Source: a virus. From it: 64,000 nt of DNA. Positions 18,090-26,698 of this stretch are shown one piece after another. The position numbers and the translations under genes are program-made. The stretch lies in the IMG/VR virus record IMGVR_UViG_3300027836_000008; one strand, given 5' to 3'. The notes under the pieces are model-generated. The model was not told where the DNA came from. It saw only the letters and a list, made by a program, of their open reading frames with translations, and ran no database searches. Every line of letters begins with the position of its first letter. Position 1 is the first letter of the stretch.

Positions 18090-19856
18090 TTAAGCAGAAA
18101 TGTATGTACCGTTAACATAAATATTTGTATTTGTTGTTAACACTACTGGAGTATTTTGCTTTAGCATTGCTTCCATTACTGGAGAGTTTGCTCCACCCTG
18201 CTGCTTGATATAGTGAAGATCAAGTGTCTGTGTATTAGGAAGGTGATCAGCATTTACAATTATATGCCCTGCTAAATCTGGGTTTGCTGTTTCATCAACA
18301 AATACCCATCCTGAGAAGTGATTCATTGCTCCTGCTAATGGAGCAAATGGGAGTTCTAGGTTTAGTTGTCCCGTTCCAAAACTTGTGACGGTAGAGCAAT
18401 CAACTGCAATCCAGAATGATACTAACTGTCCCTGCTTAACATAATGTGAGTTATATGTAGGATGTGTAGCATCAGAACCAGTAAAGGTTAGACCAGTTGC
18501 AGTAAAGTTTGGTGTCCATCTAACTGACTGAAATAGATTCCCGTTAGAATTTGCTATTGACTCATCAATATCATCAAGGGTTGCAATTTGATTTCCTGGA
18601 ATTGTTGAGTCATTTAAGAATTGACCAGAATTTGAAGATATGGTAATATCATCAGAGTCACTTGAGTTAGATATAAGTCCACTACCAGGAAACTCTAGTC
18701 CTCCTTCTGAATTCATTCTCCAGTTATGCTCTATTCCACCATTTTGGTAATTTGAAATAAAACGAATATCATCATTTGCATAAAGACGAAGATCATCTCC
18801 ACCAGCAGTAATAGTCACATCATCATCTGAAGAGATATTGATTGCCATGTTGTTTGACTCAATATCTAATGAGCCATTGTCATAGTTGATATCAATAAAT
18901 GAAGATGTTATGAATGAAAAACCAATTTCATTTACTGTTGGGTCCTCTGTTGGTACGGTAGTATTAATGAAAAGAGTAGCGTCTGTACCGTTATAAGAGA
19001 AACCATTTACTGTACCTGCTGGAACTCCATTAATAACCATTGAAGCGTTATATACGCTCTGTGATGATGTTGAAATCCAGTTAAGAATATTTGGAGCATT
19101 AACAAAGTTAATAACGCTTCCAATACCAGGCTCTACTGTCCATGTAGCAGAATCCCAATCAGGGTTTGCTGCAGCAAAAGTTACTACATCTGGATTATCA
19201 AATGCTTGCAGTTTTGCAATTCCATATGGATCAAGAACTAGTTGTGACTTAACTGTGGTTGCATTGTTTGCCTGTACAAGAATTGTTTCATTGTCATTTA
19301 CTGTTGCAGTTCCTGCGGTAAATACAAAATCACCAAGATCTGCTGATCCACCGCCACCAGTAGTGTTATCAGAGAAGATATCCCACTCTGCAGAATTACC
19401 AACTGGATCTGCTAAGCCACCATTTAATTTTGCAATGTATAGATTATTGTCGCTTCCTCTTACAACTGCAATGTTTGCGATATACCCATTGCCTGAAATA
19501 TAATTTCCTAAGTATACAACTCCGCCAGTTGCATCAGTTCCTGGTTCTCCTTGAGGACCTGCATCTCCTTGGGGCCCTTGTTCTCCAGCAGGAATAATTA
19601 AAGTCCACTGCCCTGGTGTAGGAGCATATCCTGCAGCACCAATAAAGTTATTTAATTTCCAAAGACCACCTTGAAAAGTAACTGCATCATTTGTACCGTA
19701 AGTTACTCCGTAATCAAAATCACCTTGATATGTAAAAGGTAGTGGTCCAGTTTCGCCTTGTGGTCCTTGTGCGCCTTCGTTACCTGCTGGGCCTTGTGGA
19801 CCTGTTGCTCCTGGAGTTCCGTCTCCGCTACCACCTGCTGTAGTAAAACGTGCCAT
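18090..19856 (-). CDS. Collagen-repeat tail fibre protein
   Basis: Two GXY runs; F.G..Y/W carbohydrate-binding-like segments; C-terminal WTPNFTA...YVKQGQLV...LELPF fibre-tip domain. Confidence 0.75.
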   Translation of the reverse strand: MARFTTAGGSGDGTPGATGPQGPAGNEGAQGPQGETGPLPFTYQGDFDYGVTYGTNDAVTFQGGLWKLNNFIGAAGYAPTPGQWTLIIPAGEQGPQGDAGPQGEPGTDATGGVVYLGNYISGNGYIANIAVVRGSDNNLYIAKLNGGLADPVGNSAEWDIFSDNTTGGGGSADLGDFVFTAGTATVNDNETILVQANNATTVKSQLVLDPYGIAKLQAFDNPDVVTFAAANPDWDSATWTVEPGIGSVINFVNAPNILNWISTSSQSVYNASMVINGVPAGTVNGFSYNGTDATLFINTTVPTEDPTVNEIGFSFITSSFIDINYDNGSLDIESNNMAINISSDDDVTITAGGDDLRLYANDDIRFISNYQNGGIEHNWRMNSEGGLEFPGSGLISNSSDSDDITISSNSGQFLNDSTIPGNQIATLDDIDESIANSNGNLFQSVRWTPNFTATGLTFTGSDATHPTYNSHYVKQGQLVSFWIAVDCSTVTSFGTGQLNLELPFAPLAGAMNHFSGWVFVDETANPDLAGHIIVNADHLPNTQTLDLHYIKQQGGANSPVMEAMLKQNTPVVLTTNTNIYVNGTYISA

Positions 19857-19858
19857 TA

Positions 19859-20131
19859 TTATTCAAGTCCTGTCTGAAGAACTGCAATATAAATGCTAGG
19901 TGTGCTCCCAATTGCGTAAAGTGCATCTTGACCTGGTAGTTCAACTGACCATGCTGCTCCTGGAGCAAGTCTGTATCCAAACTCTTCAGAGTTAACGCCT
20001 TCTCCACCAAGATAAACATATCCTGAGTCATGGAGATTTTGGATTGTAATATCCATACCAGAGTGAAGTCCTTCTGGTGTTAAGCGAGTAGCATCTGTTG
20101 TGCTAAGTTGTGGGGTCAAGTGAATTGTCAT
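19859..20131 (-). CDS. Hypothetical structural-module protein
   Basis: 90 aa; leaderless promoter. Confidence 0.7.
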   Translation of the reverse strand: MTIHLTPQLSTTDATRLTPEGLHSGMDITIQNLHDSGYVYLGGEGVNSEEFGYRLAPGAAWSVELPGQDALYAIGSTPSIYIAVLQTGLE

Positions 20132-20229
20132 GACTAGATTATATCACTTATTTACTTTAAAAGTCTTATTGCCTATTTTAATTACTGATGGCAGTTCAGG
20201 TCTTGGGGTCGTTACTTTTACTACAGCCA

Positions 20230-20607
20230 TTAGAGTGAACCGCTGACATCGCCTATAACAAGGATGTTTCCTATAACTGGAGTCCAAACGGTATCATCAA
20301 TAGTTACTTGCAAATCAAATGTTAGTTCTGCTAAGGCAGATCCATATCCAGTACCCCAAAATTGTGTAAGGTCAGATCCAGCAACAATATCGACATAGCC
20401 TTCTCCAGGGTTTACTGTAAGTTCATCAATGATGTCACCTTTAGGATCATAAGAACTTGCTACGTATTCCCATTCAGATGTATCAAAGTAAGTAACTTCG
20501 TCGTTATCCAGGAACTCAACTCTAAGTGAAGCGGTATCGCCTCTAACGACATTCCACTTAATTCTTACAGGATCAGCACCAAAAATCTCAGGTCCACACA
20601 TAGTCAT
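20230..20607 (-). CDS. BppU-N-like protein, paralogue of 7244..7654
   Basis: W.VVRGDT...FDLQV...VWT...G.I. Confidence 0.65.
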   Translation of the reverse strand: MTMCGPEIFGADPVRIKWNVVRGDTASLRVEFLDNDEVTYFDTSEWEYVASSYDPKGDIIDELTVNPGEGYVDIVAGSDLTQFWGTGYGSALAELTFDLQVTIDDTVWTPVIGNILVIGDVSGSL

Positions 20608-20897
20608 AATGCGATTATACCATTAAATTAAAAAAAAGATACCCAGGATAGGTGGGTATAAGAAACTATCCTAGGTATCAGATAAAAGTATATCATATCA
20701 GGATAATACGGACATTAGAAATCAAGATATAAAAAGTTTACCAAATCGTTACAATACCTTTTGTCCGTTTTATACTATTAAGTCATAGAATGTCAGAGTT
20801 GCGGATGGTGTATACTTAAATATATATAAGAAGAAAAGACTATCTCTAAAGGGTTTATATCTTATATATTATATATATAGCAAATAGGCAAATTAGG

Positions 20898-21185
20898 TTA
20901 CTTGCCAGATTTAGCAATATACTCAATTAGAATATCATACATATGATCTAATTTTTGCTTTTGCTCTTCTCTAACTTGCTTTGCTTGCTCATTATCTTTT
21001 TTAATAAACTTAATTTCATCACGCATTGAAGATCCGCCGTTAGTTTTAGTTTCGGAGCGAATATCATTTACGGCTTCTTTTATAGGTTCGATTTGAATTT
21101 TGATATACCAACGAATACCGCCGAGGAGGATTCCGCCGATAGATAAAATAGTAAGTATAAAACCTGCCCAGTCTTGCGCTGACAT
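20898..21185 (-). CDS. Single-TM actinophage membrane protein (lysis-cassette type)
   Basis: True start is probably MSAQDW at 21185; TM helix then NGGSSMRD and a coiled coil. Confidence 0.7.
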   Translation of the reverse strand: MSAQDWAGFILTILSIGGILLGGIRWYIKIQIEPIKEAVNDIRSETKTNGGSSMRDEIKFIKKDNEQAKQVREEQKQKLDHMYDILIEYIAKSGK

Positions 21186-21322
21186 AGTACAAATTATAAC
21201 CAGTGTTTTCGAAAAAATGAAACGGTATTTAAGTCGCCGCCGAAATAGAGTGTTCCAAACCATCCATGCACACTATAAGCAACACAGTTGCTAATTTGAG
21301 CAATATATGGTAGTATATCTAT

Positions 21323-21523
21323 ATGACCGATGATGTAAAGTTTTTAGATCTGTTTGATCCAAACATGCCTAGAAGCGATAGAGAGTTAATTGAGTCTAGA
21401 TTAGCAATATGTAATTCTTGCGATTGGTTTAATAAGCGACTTGCAAAATGTAAAAAATGTGGTTGTTTTATGAAGTTGAAATCAACTTTGAAAGCAGCAA
21501 AATGTCCTTTGGAGAAATGGTGA
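21323..21523 (+). CDS. Cys-rich small protein (DUF6171-like)
   Basis: CNSC...CKKCGC...CPLEKW; leaderless promoter. Confidence 0.75.
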   Translation: MTDDVKFLDLFDPNMPRSDRELIESRLAICNSCDWFNKRLAKCKKCGCFMKLKSTLKAAKCPLEKW

Positions 21524-21526
21524 AAA

Positions 21527-21703
21527 ATGCAAAAAGATGAAGTAGTTGGTTTTATGACAGATGTTGTCGTCAGTTGGAATAAGAAGATGGCTGCTGATCA
21601 GAATGTAGATATCGAGCCATGGTTAGAGCAGGCTATGCCTCAACTCAAATATGCCAATGAACTCCTATATGATGCATTGAGTGCTCGTGGACTTATCAAG
21701 TAG
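21527..21703 (+). CDS. Hypothetical protein (58 aa)
   Basis: Read by hand: MQKDEVVGFMTD...LIK*. Confidence 0.6.
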   Translation: MQKDEVVGFMTDVVVSWNKKMAADQNVDIEPWLEQAMPQLKYANELLYDALSARGLIK

Positions 21704-22118
21704 AGAATGTGGTTCTTGCACTAAGTGTTGTGAGGGTTATATATCAGGTGGAGCACATGGCATCAAGTTTGGTAATGGTGTACCCTGCGAATTTTTAGCA
21801 TGGGGTCATGGTTGTACGATATATGAGGATAGACCTTTATCCCCCTGCAAAAAATTTAAATGTTTATGGCTAAGAGATCCAGAGATCCCAGAAAACCTCA
21901 AACCTAATATCTCTCAAGTTATGGCTATGCGTAAAGGACAAAACTTTATTGTATTAGTTAATGTAGGTCCAAACCCAGATCAAGAAGCGATCAATTGGTA
22001 TAGGACTTGGTGTTCTGATAATAAGATCAATTTAGCCTATCGTCAAAACAATATAGATTACTTTGAAGGTGACCCCGATTTTACCTCAAAGATGTATGGC
22101 TCTTTAGGGTCTGCCTAG
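21681..22118 (+). CDS. CxxCxxCC (YkgJ-like) metal-binding protein
   Basis: CGSCTKCC...CEFL...CTIYEDRP..CKKFKC.W. Confidence 0.8.
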   Translation: MLVDLSSRECGSCTKCCEGYISGGAHGIKFGNGVPCEFLAWGHGCTIYEDRPLSPCKKFKCLWLRDPEIPENLKPNISQVMAMRKGQNFIVLVNVGPNPDQEAINWYRTWCSDNKINLAYRQNNIDYFEGDPDFTSKMYGSLGSA

Positions 22119-22301
22119 ATCTTCCCAAAATTTTTCTCTGCCCATATTGTCTGTTTCGATCATAGGCTTAGATTCACATTCCTTGCATACCAAATCTGAA
22201 AATAATTTTTGAGAGAGGTTTTCCATTTCTGGTTTATATATAGGAGAGTCAAAGTAGAACTCTTCATCCCACGAACTTTCCAAATTATCTAAAATTCCCA
22301 T
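22104..22301 (-). CDS. Hypothetical protein
   Basis: TGG-TAAAAT-6 nt-ATG leaderless start. Confidence 0.55.
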   Translation of the reverse strand: MGILDNLESSWDEEFYFDSPIYKPEMENLSQKLFSDLVCKECESKPMIETDNMGREKFWEDLGRP

Positions 22302-22414
22302 AAATCCATTTTACCACAAATCTGAATATTTTTACCAAATGTATGATACAGGATCTACAGAATAAAAAGAGCAAAATATAGTGAGCACATAATAGCACCC
22401 ACTATACGCACCTC

Positions 22415-22591
22415 TTACTTAGATACTCCCTGTAGGTATCCATCAATTCCCAATAGGTCACATGTAATTTTGACTCTCTGATGAGGTAGCAATGTGCTCT
22501 TATATATATCAATAAAATCCATAACTAATTCTTTTGTATCTAGATTGATGTCTCTAGTGTTACCTTGCATTGATGTTAATGTTAGTTTCAT
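22415..22591 (-). CDS. Small early protein, paralogue of 24400..24582
   Basis: Read by hand: MKLTLTSMQG...VKITCDLLGIDGYLQGVSK*. Confidence 0.7.
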   Translation of the reverse strand: MKLTLTSMQGNTRDINLDTKELVMDFIDIYKSTLLPHQRVKITCDLLGIDGYLQGVSK

Positions 22592-22695
22592 TTAATTTCC
22601 TTTAGTAGTGCATAGACATGGGTTAATTGTAATTGTGTTACCCTCTTGGATAACGCTAGCGAGTGTATCGCATGAGTCGCATAGGTAGATGTGCA

Positions 22696-22911
22696 TTAGT
22701 CGCACTCTCCGCAAGGACATTGAGGAAACTCACGCTCTAACTTAATGCGATTAGCAATAGCCATAACCTTATTGTAGGTATCAGCACTAGCACCTCTAAA
22801 GGATAGTACCTCACCATTAGCAACCATAGTTGCAGCAAGGTTAATTCTAGCCTCTAGGTCTAGGTGACCATAGCGTGAGTGTTTAATTGTATTTTTATCT
22901 AGTGTATTCAT
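22696..22911 (-). CDS. Small early protein
   Basis: AGAAAGGTG RBS; downstream of the leftward promoters. Confidence 0.7.
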   Translation of the reverse strand: MNTLDKNTIKHSRYGHLDLEARINLAATMVANGEVLSFRGASADTYNKVMAIANRIKLEREFPQCPCGECD

Positions 22912-23030
22912 TTGATGAACACCTTTCTTTTAATGTGTTAGCACTTTGCTAACGCTTTCCTTGACCTAGGTTATTTGCCTATACTATCATATAGGGCTCA
23001 CTAGGATTTATATTTAATTGTTATAGTAGA

Positions 23031-23179
23031 ATACTAGCATACATATCTCTAAAAGTCAAGTACCAAAACGGACATTCTGGACACTTTCTTTGTGATATGC
23101 ACCACATCTAGGGGGTACTATCTATAGCCTTATTTAATTGTTATAGGAGTATCCTATCACATACCCTGCCAAAAGTCAA
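23031..23179 (-). promoter_or_regulatory. Two tandem leftward sigma-70-type promoters
   Basis: TTGACT-17-TAGTAT (23059-23031) and TTGACT-17-TAGGAT (23179-23151); each followed by CTATAACAATTAAATA. Confidence 0.75.
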
Positions 23180-23414
23180 GTCCTACATAGGCGTGTCGTG
23201 TGTGATGTGTACCACATGGGGCCCGAGCAGTTATCCACATGATGTACATCACACTAAGAATTTACGCTTAAGTTATCCACATGACCTACATCACAATCCT
23301 CTTTATCCTATATGTCCGTTTTGTACCCTCCAATATGTCAGACCCCTCTGTTATACTTCTATATATAGAAGGTTGAGAAAGGTTCTTAATCTAACTAAAA
23401 GAAAGGAAGTCAAA

Positions 23415-23603
23415 ATGACTTCATTAACAATTAACACAGTATGTGTAACACATACACCTAAAACTTCTGCTATCTCTACTGTATCAAACATGGCGTTTGA
23501 TGAGCAGTATACATTCTGCACTACATGTGAACAGAACATTGAAAGATGGGCTGATATAGATAACCCTTATTCTTCATGGTCTAAGTGGAAGGCTTCTAAC
23601 TAA
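23415..23603 (+). CDS. Small early protein with CxxC
   Basis: MTSLTINTVC...; follows AGAAAGGAAG RBS (track start 23193 is over-extended). Confidence 0.7.
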   Translation: MTSLTINTVCVTHTPKTSAISTVSNMAFDEQYTFCTTCEQNIERWADIDNPYSSWSKWKASN

Positions 23604-23800
23604 TGAACGCCTTCTATGTAACACCTAAGTTTTATTTCCTTATCCCTAGCCGTTTTGGTGGTAATGGTCAATGCAAGCATGAGAGTTTCTCAGTTCTTCC
23701 CCTTTATTCTGGAGAAAATCATATTCAACACAAATGCAATAACTGTTCTGTTGCAAGATACTTTCAGCGATATGCTGGAAAGAAAGGTGGTCGTAAATGA
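23603..23800 (+). CDS. Small early protein
   Basis: TAATG and ATGA overlaps with neighbours; CxH...CxxC. Confidence 0.5.
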   Translation: MNAFYVTPKFYFLIPSRFGGNGQCKHESFSVLPLYSGENHIQHKCNNCSVARYFQRYAGKKGGRK

Positions 23801-23964
23801 GCACTTATGTAAATGTCCGCTCCCTATGTGGAGACAAAACAACTAGCATAGATATCTATGACTTAGAATTAAACGAAAACGGAATTATCTGTTGTGATAA
23901 TTGCGAAAGCATTTTGATGTGTCGCAAGGCATGGGGATTTCTTTATCAGAAAGGCAATAAATGA
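23797..23964 (+). CDS. Small Cys-containing early protein
   Basis: Read by hand: MSTYVNVRSLCG...CCDNC...; ATGA overlaps. Confidence 0.6.
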   Translation: MSTYVNVRSLCGDKTTSIDIYDLELNENGIICCDNCESILMCRKAWGFLYQKGNK

Positions 23965-24218
23965 AAACACTACAGGAAAAACTAGATGAGGCTGCTCTTG
24001 CACTTGAGCCAATACTATGGGAAACACTAAAAGAAATTGAGGAAAACTAAAATGGAAAAAGATTTATTTGGATTTGCTGATGCAATTAATTTGGATCATC
24101 TCAACTTAAAACAATTAGAAGAGTTAGAAAAACTTTTAGAAAAAATAAAATAAAAAACCGCTAAAAACGGCCCGAGCCGTCTGTGACCTAAAACACATCT
24201 AAGATACGGCGTGTCGTC

Positions 24219-24247
24219 TTGACTTTTTGACATTTCTCTGCTAGTAT
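24219..24247 (+). promoter_or_regulatory. Early promoter
   Basis: TTGACT-17-TAGTAT with TG extension. Confidence 0.7.
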
Positions 24248-24399
24248 AGTTACTATAAACAATTAAATAATGATAAATAAGCATGAGCCTTAGCAAATAA
24301 ATGTGACTAGTATCACAGTGAGCCTAAGCAAATAAGTGCCCTATTTGTCAGTCCCCTCTGATAGGATAGTCTTATCAACTTAAAGAAAGGATGACTACT

Positions 24400-24582
24400 A
24401 TGTCATACACTGTAACACTTGAAACCTTCACAGGTTCAACTTCCAAAATTGCTCTCCCTTCAAAGGGAGCAGTTGCTCAATTTATTCAGCAGTACCCTCA
24501 GCAGTTGCCTGTTGGTATCTCTGTGAAAATGTCTTGCGACGCTTTAGGCGTTCGTGGCACTTTGAGAGGAGTTGCTAAATAA
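24400..24582 (+). CDS. Small early protein, paralogue of 22415..22591
   Basis: ...VKMSCDALGVRGTLRGVAK*. Confidence 0.75.
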   Translation: MSYTVTLETFTGSTSKIALPSKGAVAQFIQQYPQQLPVGISVKMSCDALGVRGTLRGVAK

Positions 24583-24752
24583 TGATGACTCGTAAAGACT
24601 ATGTAAAGGTCGCTGATATTCTTGCAGGATATAAAGACGGCATGGCTGATAATTTTTGGTGGGAAGACCTGCTAAATGATTTTGCGTTAATGTTCGCAGA
24701 AGATAATCCAAATTTCAAACACGATAAATTTATGGAGGCTTGTAATGGATAG
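24582..24752 (+). CDS. Small phage protein (MTRKDY...NPNF..DKF..AC type)
   Basis: Read by hand; TAATG coupling. Confidence 0.7.
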   Translation: MMTRKDYVKVADILAGYKDGMADNFWWEDLLNDFALMFAEDNPNFKHDKFMEACNG

Positions 24753-24891
24753 TTACTATTTTGATTTGTGGACTGTGTGGGCTGTAATTATTGCACTACT
24801 TAGTTCAATGCTAATGTTGATTTATTCTATGGTAACAATTTACTATAAAGATAAATACATAATTGAATTAGAAGAAAAACTAAAACTATAA
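24745..24891 (+). CDS. Small membrane protein
   Basis: Read by hand; hydrophobic stretch WAVIIALLSSMLMLIYSMV. Confidence 0.55.
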   Translation: MDSYYFDLWTVWAVIIALLSSMLMLIYSMVTIYYKDKYIIELEEKLKL

Positions 24892-25177
24892 AAAGAAATC
24901 CTGAGCATGATCTAAAACTGCTTGAAGTTTCAACTAAAATGCCCGAGGAGTTATCCACAGGCTGTGTATAACCTTACGTACGATGTGAGATTAATCACAG
25001 GACTTGAGCGTCTCAATATATGGAAATACTGGCTAGTAAGTTGATATTTTATGTCTAATAGGCTAGACTTACATAGTAAGAAAAAATAAATAAATAAGTA
25101 TGTACGGCGTGTCGTTTAGGAAATGTCAGTCATATATGCTAAGATATTTATATCAACAAAAAGAAAGTGGTGACACT

Positions 25178-25381
25178 ATGTCAGCAAATGTATACTCAGT
25201 CCAGTCCCTTCTAGTGGGAACAAATTACTCTTCACGCACCTTGCAAGGTGAAATTGTAAGTGCAGAGCCTCACCCTCATGCAGTTTGGTATGAGGGTTGC
25301 GATACCTATCTTGTAGAGGTTGCGCCTAATAGTGGCTATGGAAGAAAATTCCGTACAGTCGCAGTAAAGGTAGGTGCATAA
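25178..25381 (+). CDS. Small early protein
   Basis: MSANVYSV...; RBS upstream. Confidence 0.7.
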   Translation: MSANVYSVQSLLVGTNYSSRTLQGEIVSAEPHPHAVWYEGCDTYLVEVAPNSGYGRKFRTVAVKVGA

Positions 25382-25524
25382 TGGGATATATTGAAATCTT
25401 TAGAATTGACAATGACGGCGCAGGTTGGATAGACTTAGCGCAAGCAAATGAAAATGAACTATTTAATTTAGAGTTGGGCTTACTTAATGAAGGCGCACTC
25501 TTTAGCACTAAGGAGGCTAACTAA
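25381..25524 (+). CDS. Small early protein
   Basis: Read by hand: MGYIEIFRID...; TAATG couplings. Confidence 0.6.
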   Translation: MGYIEIFRIDNDGAGWIDLAQANENELFNLELGLLNEGALFSTKEAN

Positions 25525-25733
25525 TGGAATATAACTACTCACTAACTATCTCATATGACGGAGACCTTGTATCAACAACACGAAGTGCAGATATGCTAGA
25601 AATGGTAACTGCATGGAATAAGTGTGTAGACTTTGGTGACGCTAAAGAATACGCAACCTACAACCTATCAGACCCTATGGGTAAAATGTACACTAAGACC
25701 TTCTATCGTAACGGAAATGTGAGCGTAAAATAA
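25524..25733 (+). CDS. Small early protein
   Basis: AAGGAGG RBS. Confidence 0.75.
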   Translation: MEYNYSLTISYDGDLVSTTRSADMLEMVTAWNKCVDFGDAKEYATYNLSDPMGKMYTKTFYRNGNVSVK

Positions 25734-25734
25734 T

Positions 25735-26019
25735 ATGGGAGCAGTAACAGCACTAGGAATTCAAGATACAGTCCTTGACCTTGAGACTCAGATTCTCTAT
25801 CACTTGAAGTCTAATCACTATCCTCCAGTCCCCTCAGAAATGGTGCAGCCTTGCATAGATGCTATTGACGCATACTATGAGGAAGACTATCAGCGCATGA
25901 TTGACATGCCAATGGTTGGTGACTTTCAGATAACTTATCGTGGCTCAACCCAAGCCCCTGCAAGTGCAATTATTGAACAGCACCACTTATCATTCTGGCT
26001 TCCAGAGGAGGACTATTAA
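25735..26019 (+). CDS. Conserved actinophage hypothetical protein
   Basis: HL.SNHYPPVP...PCIDAID...HHL..WL. Confidence 0.75.
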   Translation: MGAVTALGIQDTVLDLETQILYHLKSNHYPPVPSEMVQPCIDAIDAYYEEDYQRMIDMPMVGDFQITYRGSTQAPASAIIEQHHLSFWLPEEDY

Positions 26020-26020
26020 A

Positions 26021-26263
26021 ATGGCTGATACAATGATAAACATGGAATTTAAAAAGGTAGATGTACTCAACGTTGATCAGTTAGAGGTTGACGATTATAT
26101 TTCAGTCAATGGTGATATCGTTCAGATAACAGGTATCACACCACTATCAGATGGATATGCAATAATGTATCTTGATGACTATGATGAAACAGATTTAATT
26201 GAAGTTGATGACTACGCTACATTCAGTTGGTATATTCCAGTTGATGAAGATGTAGACGAATAA
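26021..26263 (+). CDS. Acidic small protein
   Basis: MADTMINMEF...; GAGGAG RBS. Confidence 0.7.
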   Translation: MADTMINMEFKKVDVLNVDQLEVDDYISVNGDIVQITGITPLSDGYAIMYLDDYDETDLIEVDDYATFSWYIPVDEDVDE

Positions 26264-26329
26264 TTATTCACTGCCTTGCATAAAATGGGGCCCGAGGCGT
26301 TTTGTCCCATATGTCCGTTTTAAGATGAG

Positions 26330-26358
26330 TTGACATTTTCTCCCATGTTTGCTAGTAT
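26330..26358 (+). promoter_or_regulatory. Early promoter with leaderless gene
   Basis: TTGACA-17-TAGTAT-6 nt-ATG (26365). Confidence 0.75.
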
Positions 26359-26364
26359 TAAGTT

Positions 26365-26505
26365 ATGAAGAAAACACCAGAGGAATTACGTAGGCTTATG
26401 GAATTACGCCGTAGCAACGCTGCCTCTGCTGTGCCCTCTAAAAATAAATACAAAAGAAATAGACAAAGTACTAGAAAAATGCTAGACTTATCTAAAGAAC
26501 AATAA
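26365..26505 (+). CDS. Small basic protein (ELRRSNAA type)
   Basis: Read by hand; leaderless start. Confidence 0.65.
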   Translation: MKKTPEELRRLMELRRSNAASAVPSKNKYKRNRQSTRKMLDLSKEQ

Positions 26506-26518
26506 AGGAGACCCCCTA

Positions 26519-26698
26519 ATGGCTAATATGTATGAAGATGAAATGTTCGATGAGTACTACTCAACAACCTGCCCAGAATGTAAAGAAAATGCGGTTGACG
26601 CATATGAAGAAAAGTGCACTCACTGTTTGCTAGAAGAGATGTCTGCAATGTACAATGAAGATATCGCTCTAGAAATGAGTCTTGGCCTTGACTACTAA
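26519..26698 (+). CDS. Small zinc-ribbon protein
   Basis: Read by hand: CPEC...CTHC; GGAGACCC leader. Confidence 0.65.
   Translation: MANMYEDEMFDEYYSTTCPECKENAVDAYEEKCTHCLLEEMSAMYNEDIALEMSLGLDY

Larger units (their letters stand above)
23231..24971. promoter_or_regulatory. DnaA boxes in the early control region
   Basis: TTATCCACA at 23231, 23273 and 24951; inverted TGTGTATAA at 24963. Confidence 0.65.

Noticed and set aside
21225-21250. CGCCGAA/AATAGAG motif, also near 36265-36285
   Set aside because: Only two loose copies with inconsistent orientation; chance cannot be excluded.
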